A stretch of 64,000 nt of DNA. Source: Alphaproteobacteria bacterium (GTDB taxonomy: Bacteria; Pseudomonadota; Alphaproteobacteria; UBA828). Positions 10,067-18,792 of the stretch are shown in pieces (position 1 is the first letter of the stretch; every line of letters starts with the position of its first letter). The translations under genes were made by a program, and so were the position numbers. The notes beneath the pieces are model-generated. The model was not told the origin of the DNA, ran no database searches, and saw only the letters and a program-made list of their open reading frames with translations. The stretch covers positions 256,001-320,000 of the forward strand of contig CAXXVO010000008.1 in NCBI GenBank assembly GCA_963422645.2, written 5' to 3'.

Positions 10067-10735
10067 TCACGAACCCTCGTCGGCCTCGACGGCCATGATC
10101 GCGGCCAGCACCGCCAGGCGTTCGCCCGCCGGCATGGCCTCGTAGCGCCGGCCCCAGTTGGCCGCCTTGCGCTTGATGCACTGGCGCTCGGTGAAGTTCC
10201 GGCCGGCGAAGCTCGCCCAGTGCACCCGGTCAGGCGCGAAGTTGAACCACACGACCTCGGTCCGCACCTGGGCCTGGGTCGTCACCTGCAGCGCCAGCCG
10301 GCGCCAGCCCGCCAGCAGCTCGTCATAGAGCGCAGACGGGTGGCCCGAGACCATCACCTGGCAGGGCAGACCCTTGAGCAGTTCGAGGAGCGCGACGTGG
10401 TCGGCCTCCTCGTACTCGAAGCGGTAGCGCTGCGACGAACGCCGGGTCGCGTGCAGATAGGGCGGATCGCTGTAGACCAGCTCCGGGCCCAGAAACGGGA
10501 ACGAGGCCAGGAAGGAATGGGCGCAGCCGTGCACCAACTCCACCGGGTAGTCGCAGCCAAAGGCCTCAAGCGCCCGCTCGTCGCGGTCGATCCCGATCGA
10601 GCGCATGGCCGCAGGCTTGCGCTTCATCAGCGCCCCGCCCCCAAGATGGCTCTCGATATAGACAGAGTGCGGCGGCATCAGCGCAATCAGCGCCTAGCTC
10701 AGACCGGTCGTCGCCTTCGACCCGAAATACCCCAC
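10067..10735 (-). pseudogene. Dam/D12-class DNA adenine methyltransferase with premature TAG
   Basis: GYFGSK...S*ALIALMPPH, YIESHLGGGA (motif I), YSDPPY (motif IV); RBS GAGAGGAG; in-frame TAG at 10694-10696. Confidence 0.8.
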
Positions 10736-10781
10736 CGGCTGCTCCTCTCATGCGAGAGTGCAACCCATAGGCGAGAGAACC

Positions 10782-13141
10782 TCAGACTTCCTGACCTCTG
10801 CTGATTTTAGGTGACACGAGCCGCGCGGATTCCGAGGCCCCGTCGATGTCGTAGACTATGCGCAGACGGGTGCCGGGGAAGACCGTTTCGGTGGCGTTCA
10901 GGTCGCTCAGAACCGCATCGATCCAACGGTCGCAGGCGTCGTTTGCGAGGCCAAGAATGTGGACCCGCAGGAGGCCATTGCCAGGATCCGGCAGGATGTC
11001 GGCATCGGCGGTGAGCAGCGCTTGAAGCAGTTTCCGGGGATGGGGCTTGTGGCCCTGCGCCTGCATGACGGGAATCATCATGCGGGTTTCGGCGCGGTAG
11101 GCGATCATCCGGATGACGTCGAGGAGGAGGCGCTCGCGCGCGGGCAAGGCATCGAGCTGCTCGGCTTCGTCGAGGTCGCCGGCCCGGCAGTGCTTGGGCG
11201 TCTCCCTGCGGCTGGCCCTGACGATGTCGCGGACATCCTGGAGGTCCCTGACTTCCCTCCTGAGTTCCGCCGTCGGCTGCTTCTTCCGGGCCGTGTCGGC
11301 GATGCGGTTGCGCAGGCGGCCAAGCTGGCGGTCGAGGCGATGGATTGCCTTGTCATAGGCCCGCCGCAGCGGGTTGACGACCATGGCGGCGGGATCGAGA
11401 GGCTCGAGCTCGTGGGTCGGCAGGGCGTCGAGATTGAACTCGTCACGCATGTACTTGAAGAAGTTCTCCTGCGACCAGCGCGAGAACATGGCGCCCGCAA
11501 CCTCAGCCATCGGCTTGTGCGGATCGGTGGTGATCAGCGGCACCTGACGGCCGTTGTCGAGCAGGCGGCGGATCTGGCGCACCCTGAAGCCGTTCGGCAA
11601 CGTCACCGGCTTCTCAGCCAGCCGCATGGTGGCGCTGCCGTCCGCCGCCGGTCCGTGAATGGGAACGGTCATCGCGCCGAAGTCCTCGGCCGGCCAGTCC
11701 TCGCCCCTGAAGTTCTTGTGCCAGGTCAGGCAGGCGACGCCGCGCCTCGCCAGCCGGCGGAACAGATCCGGGCTCCAGCCCTCGCGGTCGAAGACCAGGG
11801 TGAGCGCCGGCTGGCCGGGATGCTCGGCGGTCAGGTCCGGCGCCCCGGCGCCAACGATCCCAAGCTCCTGCAGCGCCGGCACCACGTCGGCTTCGATGGC
11901 CGCGACCATCTTCGGGTCCAGCGGCTTGTGCAGACAGAGCAGCGGCTTGCCGCCCAGAGCGTTGATCCAGTAGCTGGCGCTCGCCGGCAGGCACAGCTTC
12001 TCGCGCGAGACGAAGTGCTTGGGCAAGCGCCCCTTGCGGCCGGAGTAGACCTTGACGTGCCCGTCGATGGCCAGCGTCGCCCAGAGCTCCGGCTCGTCGG
12101 CGCCTGCCAGCGCCTGGCAAGGGCGAGCTGCCACGCCCGCACGCCGGCCTCGTCGTCGGCGATGAGAGCGATCTTGCGGCGCAGCGTCTTGACCTCGGGG
12201 CAGCGATCGAGGCCGAGAATGGCGCCCCATTCGCCCGGCGCCTGGTAGCGCAGGCTCTCGGGGTTGCGCACCCGCGCCAAGGTCATGAAGGCCAGGAAGA
12301 GCAGGATCGTAGGCAAGCCGTAATAGCCCTTCGGCAGCAATGGCAGGAGACCGGTCTCGGAGAGAAGACCTTCCTTCAGCAGGGCCGGCAGGGCGGCGAG
12401 CACGCCGCCGAAGCGGACACCGCGGGCGGCGGCGGCGAACTGCGGTTCGACCGGCCCCGCCTGTCCACAACTGGCCAGAACCCGAGCCGGAACATCGCAA
12501 GTCGCACGCCCCATCGGCGCCTGCCGGTCCCGCCGATCGCGCGCGCTGCGATCCGTTTGCGGCTGCGCTTCCAGCCCCGGCGCCGTCTCCGGCCCCGGGG
12601 CACCGGTACTCTCTTCATCGACACGGCCTTCAGGAGCCGCACCCGCGTCAGGCGGCGCAGCCAGCGCTGAGCGTCCGGGCTCCCCATCCGCCTCCGTGTT
12701 GCCGATCAGTCCCTGACGGCGCCACTTGTTGACCGATGGCGCTGACACGCCGAGAACCCGGGCCGCCGCAGAGCCGCTCAGGCCCGATGCCAGCAACGCC
12801 GTCGCCTTCTCCGCCAACTCCGGAGTGAACACCGACGGCCCGCGACCGCGCCGGGGCTTCATGAACCCCGCTTCGCCCTCGGCCAGGTAGCGCCGTCGTG
12901 CGCGCTGCACCGTCGCGCGCGAGACAGCGAAAGCGTCAGCCAGTTCCTGCGGCGAGACCGCGCTGATCGCCGCGAGGCGGCCGATCCGCAAGAGCATGGC
13001 CGTGCGGTCATCGGCGGCGTGGCTGTCAAAGGGAATGAGGTTGGAAAAGTAGGTGAAGGTGTCGTCCGAGATCAGGACGGCGAAGCAGCTGTTGCCGATC
13101 GAGACCGCCTCTGGAGGGCACATTGGGAGGGTACTGGGCAT
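10782..13141 (-). pseudogene. HTH-containing DDE transposase, frameshifted near 12105
   Basis: Two N-terminal HTH-like segments, then IDGH / FDREG / RWSQENFFK triad in a second frame; a 2-bp excess (CAG-GC-GCC-GAC) explains the shift; stop codon is the last 3 nt of the IR. Confidence 0.8.
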
Positions 13142-13296
13142 GGTTGAGACCGTGCAATTGGTATCAAATTATAATATCAGACCTCGGGCGCGACACCCAG
13201 CGAAAAACCGCCTGAAACAACCGAAATGTATCAGAATTCAAGGAGTTCCCGGCACGCTGCCCAGAACAGCCAGCATCACGAGGTCAGGAAGTCTGA
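10782..13296 (-). mobile_element. unclassified DDE insertion sequence, copy 1
   Basis: Perfect 17-bp IRs TCAGACTTCCTGACCTC, 3-bp TSD ACC; same ends at 47651-50747. Confidence 0.9.
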
Positions 13297-13647
13297 ACCT
13301 ATACAGTCAAGCGGGGATCAACGACGCGCCGACGGCGAAACGGCACCGACGGCAAGCAACATCAGCACGCACTCAGAACTGGCGGCGGGGTACCTGGGTA
13401 GTTACGACAATCTCGTAATTGATATCGGTAAGGTCTTGAAACAAGCCGAGATCGTCACGCAACAGGTTGACCACTTCGTTGCCTTGCCGTGAAACAGATT
13501 CTGGCGAGGGACGCGCGGTGACGCTCCAACCCCGAGGTCACGGCGTTGGCTGAGACCGCCAGGGTCGGCGCGGCGGAGACGAGCGGTGGACTTCCCCGAT
13601 GTGGTCCGAAGCGGTCCCGCGTAGCCGGCTGACGAGATGCGGGCCGC

Positions 13648-14928
13648 TCAGGCGGCCTTGAGTTCCGCGCCTACGGGCTCGATGTAGCCGTAGCGGCGGA
13701 GCATGCGGATCCACCGAGGAGCGTTGCGCTTGACCATCAGAGCGTCGTAGTCGGCCGTGCGGTCGTAGTAGGGCCTGCCGGTCTTGAGCACCACATAGAT
13801 GATGCGCAGCATCTTGTGAGCGCCGGCGACGATGGCGCGCTTGTAGCCGCGCCGGGCGGCGAGGGCGCGGTGATGAGCCTCGAACTGGCACCCCTTGGTT
13901 CGGGCCGCGCCGTGGGCACACTCGACGAGGCAGGCGCGCAGGGTCTTGGAGCCCATGCGGGTGCGTGCGTTGCGGCGCTTGCCCCCGCTCTCGTTGTTGC
14001 CGGGGCAGAGCCCGGCCCAGGCGGCGAAGTGCTCCTTGGAGGCGAACACGCCGATGTCGGGGCCGATCTCGATGAGGATGGTCGAGGCGGCGGTGCGGTC
14101 GATGCCGGGGATGGTGGTCAGCAGACGGAGCTGCTCCTCCCACGGTGTCATCTGCCCGTCGATCTTCCTGGTGTAGGACGCGATGCGCGCCTCAAGCGCG
14201 TCATGCTCCTCCAGCAGGTCGTTGAGCATGAAGCGGTCGTTGTCGCCCAGGCTCAGGGTGAGCGCCTCGCCGAGCCCCTCCAGCTTGTTCGCAACGTGGC
14301 TGGTGAGCGAGGCGAGGATGACCTCGCGCGCCGTCCCCTGCGCCAGGCCGTCGAGGATCTTCCGGCCGTTGACGCCGAAGACGTCGGAGAGGATGCCGCC
14401 GATGCGCGCACCGGCGCGGTCGATGATCTTCTGCACGCGGTTGCGCACGGCGGAGCGCTGCCTGACCAGGACGCGGCGCTGGCGGCTCAGTGCGCGCAGC
14501 TCCCGGAACGGCTCAGGCGGAACGTGGGAAGGCGTGCAGAGCCCGAACTGGCACACGCAGGCCAGCCACACGCTGTCCGCCACGTCGGTCTTGCGCCCCT
14601 TCAACTGCTTCACCTGACGCGCATGCACCAGGATCGCCTCGAGCCCGGCCGCCTCCAGGGCCGCGAAGGGCGCCTGCCAGTAGACCCCGGTCCCTTCCAT
14701 CACCGCAGCCTCGACGCCGTGACCGGTCAGCCACGCGACCATCTCCTCCAGACCGCTCGGCAGCGTGCCGAAGCAGCGCGTCTCCACCACCGGCTCACCC
14801 TCGCCCTCACAGAGGCGAACCGTCGCGGTGATCTCCATCTTGTGCACGTCCAGACCCGCCGCGCGCGGCCGGACGACGTGCAAGCCTTCCGTCTTCATCG
14901 CCTTCCTCCTCATTTGCGCTCTCGCCAC
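13648..14928 (-). CDS. IS110-family DEDD recombinase
   Basis: GLDVHK, MEGTGVYW, KTDVADS, IPGID, GLCPGNNESGG (catalytic Ser); the true start may be MKTEG slightly downstream. Confidence 0.95.
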   Translation of the reverse strand: MARAQMRRKAMKTEGLHVVRPRAAGLDVHKMEITATVRLCEGEGEPVVETRCFGTLPSGLEEMVAWLTGHGVEAAVMEGTGVYWQAPFAALEAAGLEAILVHARQVKQLKGRKTDVADSVWLACVCQFGLCTPSHVPPEPFRELRALSRQRRVLVRQRSAVRNRVQKIIDRAGARIGGILSDVFGVNGRKILDGLAQGTAREVILASLTSHVANKLEGLGEALTLSLGDNDRFMLNDLLEEHDALEARIASYTRKIDGQMTPWEEQLRLLTTIPGIDRTAASTILIEIGPDIGVFASKEHFAAWAGLCPGNNESGGKRRNARTRMGSKTLRACLVECAHGAARTKGCQFEAHHRALAARRGYKRAIVAGAHKMLRIIYVVLKTGRPYYDRTADYDALMVKRNAPRWIRMLRRYGYIEPVGAELKAA

Positions 14929-14929
14929 G

Positions 14930-15200
14930 GCGGCGTACGATCACGCCGTGGCATCGCCACGGTGGAGGCGGGGACAGCGGTCGGAAGAACACGCATCCGA
15001 CGAGCGGGTGCGGTGCAATTTGCCGCGCGTCCACGGCCACGGGCCGGGTACAATACGGGGTGCGGAGCCGGCCGCCGGAAGCAGTTTTGTCATCGGGAAC
15101 TACGTCACCGATATAACGACGCTCACACGTCCCCACCTCCGCCAATACCCATCCTGACACGGCAAATGGGTGCAAGCGCAAGGAAAACGTCAGCCGAACC
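14930..15200 (-). ncRNA. candidate IS110 bridge RNA (5' non-coding end)
   Basis: Long structured non-coding end with a donor-matching segment GCGCGGCAA...hairpin...TGTT; boundaries approximate. Confidence 0.5.
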
Positions 15201-15490
15201 GCTCCTGTTTCATGCCACGGGGTGGCTCAGAACCGCGGGGACCATGACTGTTTTGTTGGGAAAGCCCACTGGCAGCCTTGCCGGCGCCTTGACCCAGAGA
15301 TCGATGTCGGCGTCGCGATCGGCCGCCCACAGCAGCTCAATGATTACGTTGCCGGGATCGCTGATCCCTTCGGCATCGTTCTCGGCCTCGGCGCTTGGAT
15401 TGAGAAAGGGCAGCAGCATGAGCACCATTGCGACGAAGGCTGCCAGCGCGAGCAGCGTGACGTCGCGGAAGATCGTGCCGCTGTCGTCGT

Positions 15491-16085
15491 CAAACTCGTC
15501 CATCGGCCGCGAGAAGCTCGCTGTAGAGTGTGGAGGTGCCCGTCGCCAGCATACGGTAGTTATAACGGTAAGCCACAGGCCCAGCACAGCCCCTTCCAGG
15601 GTGGTGTAGAGAGCGACCGACATGCCGCTGATGAGGGTGGAGATCATCGGCTGCACGGCGGCAAGCGTGCCGGCGTCTTCCGCCGAGACGCCGGAGAGCG
15701 CGATGATGAATCCCGCCACCGTGCCGATCAGTCCGAGCACGACCAGCGCAGCGGCGATCTGCCTTACCACGGCAATGCGACTGAAGAGCCGCGCCTTGAG
15801 GGCCTCGGCCATGAACTCAGGGCGGACGGGCGCGCGGGTCCACTTGTCGGGAAGGTCCACCGTCCCGCTCTCTTCCAGCCGGTTGAGAGCCGCGCTGGTC
15901 TTGAACAGGCGGTAGCCGCATAGCGCCAGGCCCACCGCGAAGACGCCGAAAATGACGAAGACGAGGCCGGTGGGGTCCGCCTCGGCAATCCGCGCGATCC
16001 AGCCCTGCGCGCCGGCGAGCCCGAGCAGGGCCGCGCCCACGATATTGACGATCAGGAACCGGTAGAGGAGCAGATAGCGGCGCAA
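15491..16085 (-). pseudogene. MotA/TolQ/ExbB proton channel family protein, frameshifted near 15560
   Basis: LGLIGTVAGFI and GMSVALYTTL motifs; the natural C-terminus NYRMLATGTSTLYSELL lies in another frame after GTTATAAC. Confidence 0.75.
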
Positions 16086-16227
16086 CCGGTCGCCTCCCGG
16101 GTCGTGGCGGCGGCACGCGCGGGCGCAATGCACCCGGACCACTGTCCCCGACCGTCTATCGAACGTCGGCGCCTGTCAATGGTGATGTCCTCGTCCGACA
16201 GACGACGAATAAAGGTGTGCCCGGCTG

Positions 16228-16515
16228 TCAGGCCGCAGCAAAGCGCTCCACCTTAATCCGCTGAGCGCGGTCGCGGGCCTGCCAAAGATCATAGGCCATC
16301 TGCATTCCAAGCCAGGTCTCAGGCGTCGAACCGAAGGCTTTTGACAGCCTTATTGCCATGTCGATCGAAACGCCCGTGCGCTCGTTAATGAGTTCGGAGA
16401 GTGCTTGGCGCGTGACCCCAAGTCCCCGAGCAGCCCGTGTCACGGTAAGTCCCAGGGGCTCCAGGCATTGCCGCTTCACGATCCCACCCGGATGCGGCGG
16501 ATTGTGCATCGCCAT
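16228..16515 (-). CDS. higA: HigA antitoxin
   Basis: MHNPPHPG, LGVTRQALS HTH, AIRLSKAFG..W. Confidence 0.92.
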   Translation of the reverse strand: MAMHNPPHPGGIVKRQCLEPLGLTVTRAARGLGVTRQALSELINERTGVSIDMAIRLSKAFGSTPETWLGMQMAYDLWQARDRAQRIKVERFAAA

Positions 16516-16526
16516 GTCCCGTCTCC

Positions 16527-16805
16527 TCAGTGATAGTCGACGTAATCTACATCGACCGCCGATCCGTCTTCGAAACGAAAGGTCACACGCCAGTTGCTGG
16601 AGACCGAAACCGCATAGTGGCCGTTCAGCCTTCCCTTCAACTCATGCAAACGGAACCCGGGCAGGTTCATAGCGTCCGGTCCATGACTGCTGTCGAGAGC
16701 CGCCAGAATGTCTCTCAATCTTTGGACGTGGTTTGGTGCTACCCATCGGGCCGTCCTGCCATCGTAGAGTGCCTTCAGGCCCCGATGCCTGAACGACGCA
16801 ATCAT
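16527..16805 (-). CDS. higB: HigB/RelE toxin (plasmid maintenance killer type)
   Basis: MIASFRHRGL, PGFRLHELKG, VSSNWRVTFRF, DYVDYH; toxin-first order. Confidence 0.92.
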   Translation of the reverse strand: MIASFRHRGLKALYDGRTARWVAPNHVQRLRDILAALDSSHGPDAMNLPGFRLHELKGRLNGHYAVSVSSNWRVTFRFEDGSAVDVDYVDYH

Positions 16806-16919
16806 TACTACACGGTAGAATGGCGCCTGACAGTTGACAAGCGACACACAGCCAAATTTCCATGTTTGCCGCCCGCCTGTGCCTCCAGGCTATATCGTCA
16901 TCGAGTGGGGCTGATCGCG

Positions 16920-17804
16920 ATGCGCCGCACCCTCGTCCCCGCAGGCGGCGGCATCGACAGCACCGCCCTCGCCCTCCTCGTCCTGCGCGAGACCGAAGAC
17001 GAGGTCGTCCTCTCCTACTACCGCGAACCGGCCCGCGAGCTGCCGGAGCGCATCGCCCGCGAGCAGGCCGCAAGCGAGGCCGTCGCAGACTGGCTCTCCC
17101 GCAACGTCCGGCCCGTGCGCCACGTCAGCCGCGACGCCCTGCGCGTGGAGACCGGCCCCCGCGCAAGATGGCCAATTCGGGACGGGAGAGGATGGGAGGG
17201 CGTCTGCGACCCCACATTTGAGCGCGCCTGGGGCATCGACCGATACGCAACCCACGCCGACGAGGCCGAGCGCCACCGCGCCGACCGGGTGATGCCCGGC
17301 ATCACCTCGTGGGACACCGCCGACGACATGCACCGCATGTACTGGCATCCGGCCTACCGCGCGCGCACCGCCGTCCCCATGGAACTCCCCTTCTTCCCCG
17401 GCTGGGAGGACGGCGCGCAGTGGCCGCCGTCGCGGGACGACCCCTTCGGACCCGTCGCCGGGCGCTTCATGCTCCAGGCCCTGCTCCCGCCCGGGCTGGA
17501 GGCGCTCACCTGGCGATGCACCGTCGCGGCAGAGCCCTGCGGACGCTGCCCCCGATGCCGCCTCAACGCCTTCTTCGAGCGCTTCTGCCGGGGACGCCCG
17601 GCGGACCAGGTCGCCCGCATCGACGACGCCCTCGAGCGACACCGCGGCGCAGGCCGATGGTACGCCGACGCCGACCCCGGAAGATGGACCGGTCACGACG
17701 GATACGACGCCGCAGAACGCGCCGTCGAAGACCCCGAATGGTGGAAGGCCGAACTCGAACGCCCGTGCCGCCCCGGCGCCCGCCCCGGTCCCGACCGCGC
17801 CTGA
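16920..17804 (+). CDS. QueC-like PP-loop ATPase with Cys4 zinc motif
   Basis: LVPAGGGIDST (variant of SGGxDS) and WRCTVAAEPCGRCPRC. Confidence 0.65.
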   Translation: MRRTLVPAGGGIDSTALALLVLRETEDEVVLSYYREPARELPERIAREQAASEAVADWLSRNVRPVRHVSRDALRVETGPRARWPIRDGRGWEGVCDPTFERAWGIDRYATHADEAERHRADRVMPGITSWDTADDMHRMYWHPAYRARTAVPMELPFFPGWEDGAQWPPSRDDPFGPVAGRFMLQALLPPGLEALTWRCTVAAEPCGRCPRCRLNAFFERFCRGRPADQVARIDDALERHRGAGRWYADADPGRWTGHDGYDAAERAVEDPEWWKAELERPCRPGARPGPDRA

Positions 17805-17860
17805 AACCCTCACGCACCGCCCGTGCACGGGCCCTGAACCCCCCGCGCAGCGCTCCTTCA

Positions 17861-17976
17861 CGGCCCATGCACAGGCCGGTTTTTCCAGCCCGGTTCAGCC
17901 CCGAAAACCAGCCGATTTTCCAGGCCATTCGCAAAGACTTCCGGCCGCGATTCGCAAAGACTTCCGGCCGGCTACA
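17861..17976 (-). mobile_element. Tn7-like transposon end, copy 2
   Basis: Terminal ...CCGGCTACA with two ATTCGCAAAGACTT repeats; abuts a 5'-truncated IS1595 transposase. Confidence 0.7.
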
Positions 17977-18621
17977 GGCGAGACGATCAAGGAGTCCGCC
18001 GAGCGCTGCGGGATTGCGCCGAGCACGGCGCATCGCTGGCGCCACCGCTTCCTGGCGGCGGTTCGGCAAGCGCCGGACCGGCTTGCCGGGATTGTCGAGG
18101 CCGACGAGACCTTCGTTCTCGAGAGCCGCAAGGGGGAGCGGAAGCTGGATCGCAAGCCGCGCCGTCGCGGCGGCAAGGCCCGCAAACGCGGCCTCTCGCG
18201 CGAGCAGGTGCCGATCCTGGTCGCCGCCGACCGTGCGGGCGAGACCCTCAGCCATAGCCTGCCTGCGCTGAACGCAGACAACGTGAAGGAGGTGCTGGAG
18301 CCGGTCGTCGCAGCGGATGCGCTGCTCGTCTCCGACGCCAAGCGCTGCTATCCGCCCGTCGCGGCGGCGCTCGACATACCTCACGAGAGCATCAACGCTT
18401 CTGCTGGCGAACGGGTCCGGGGCGCGCTGCACATCCAGACGGTCAATAGCCGCCACAGCCAGATCAAGGGCTTCCTGCGCGGCTTCCGCGGCATCGCCAC
18501 CAAGTACCTGGACAGCTATCTGAGGTGGTTCCATCTCATCGAACTCGGCGATCAGCCATCGCCCAGAGCGTGCCTCGAGGCGGCGATGGCCAGACCGCGC
18601 CTACGCTTTGCGAATTGAGCC
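17977..18621 (+). mobile_element. IS1595-family element remnant (5'-truncated transposase and right IR)
   Basis: AHRWRHRFL, GIVEADET, LVSDA, HIQTVNSRH, GIATKYLDSYLRWF; stop at 18618, end ...GAATTGAGCC. Confidence 0.88.
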
Positions 18622-18792
18622 ATAGTCATTTGACGCGGCAGAGGGGCGCCGGGCAACTCAGCGCAATATTCTCTCTCCCTCTCTTGCTCACTGTAGCCGG
18701 CTATCCCCCGGCCCTACGAGCGACGGGCACCGCCGATGTCTCAGCGTCGCGCGTCCACACGCGTGCGCGCCGGTGATTTGACCGTCAGCCAA

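Larger units (their letters stand above)
6366..10070 (-). pseudogene. IS66 transposase interrupted by IS1634
   Basis: Coiled coil, SSKPPASD, GGQPGHKG, CxxC zinc finger, HLDETG, CNAHHLRE, NNEAERDLR; removing the insert restores FPNGVSAPVQYGP; GTG start overlaps the methylase stop (GTGA). Confidence 0.9.
6264..13405 (-). mobile_element. IS66-family element (single-transposase ISBst12 type) with methylase passenger and two nested ISs
   Basis: IRs GTAACTGCCCAGGT (6264) and ACCTGGGTAGTTAC (ends 13405); no 8-bp TSD (ATTCGAAG vs GACAATCT). Confidence 0.85.
13486..15251 (-). mobile_element. IS110-family element
   Basis: Ends inferred from the restored host frame; 2-bp core TT at 13484-85 and 15252-53; short inverted repeat GTGAAACAG/CTGTTTCAT. 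Confidence 0.8.
13406..15503 (-). pseudogene. membrane-anchored partner of the MotA/TolQ-like gene, split by IS110 and truncated by IS66
   Basis: MDEFDDDSGTIFRD...DIDLWVKAP..PVGFPNK | IS110 | GNEVVNLLRDDLG..DINYEIV restores one frame. Confidence 0.75.

Noticed and set aside
6366-10181. 1271-aa ORF as a novel giant transposase
   Set aside because: It is an IS66 transposase with the antisense of IS1634 inserted in frame
15210-16142. 310-aa MotA-MotB fusion or Zorya-like gene
   Set aside because: The fusion arises from a frameshift and its tail is IS110 sequence; no ZorA tail, OmpA domain or zorCDE genes
16530-16919. N-terminal extension of the 424-aa ORF
   Set aside because: Antisense to higB; the QueC-like protein starts at ATG 16920
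18692-18703. TGTAGCCGGC matching the Tn7-like terminus
   Set aside because: No AAGTCTTTGCGAAT repeats follow; it is part of a short palindrome TAGCCGGCTA and probably chance
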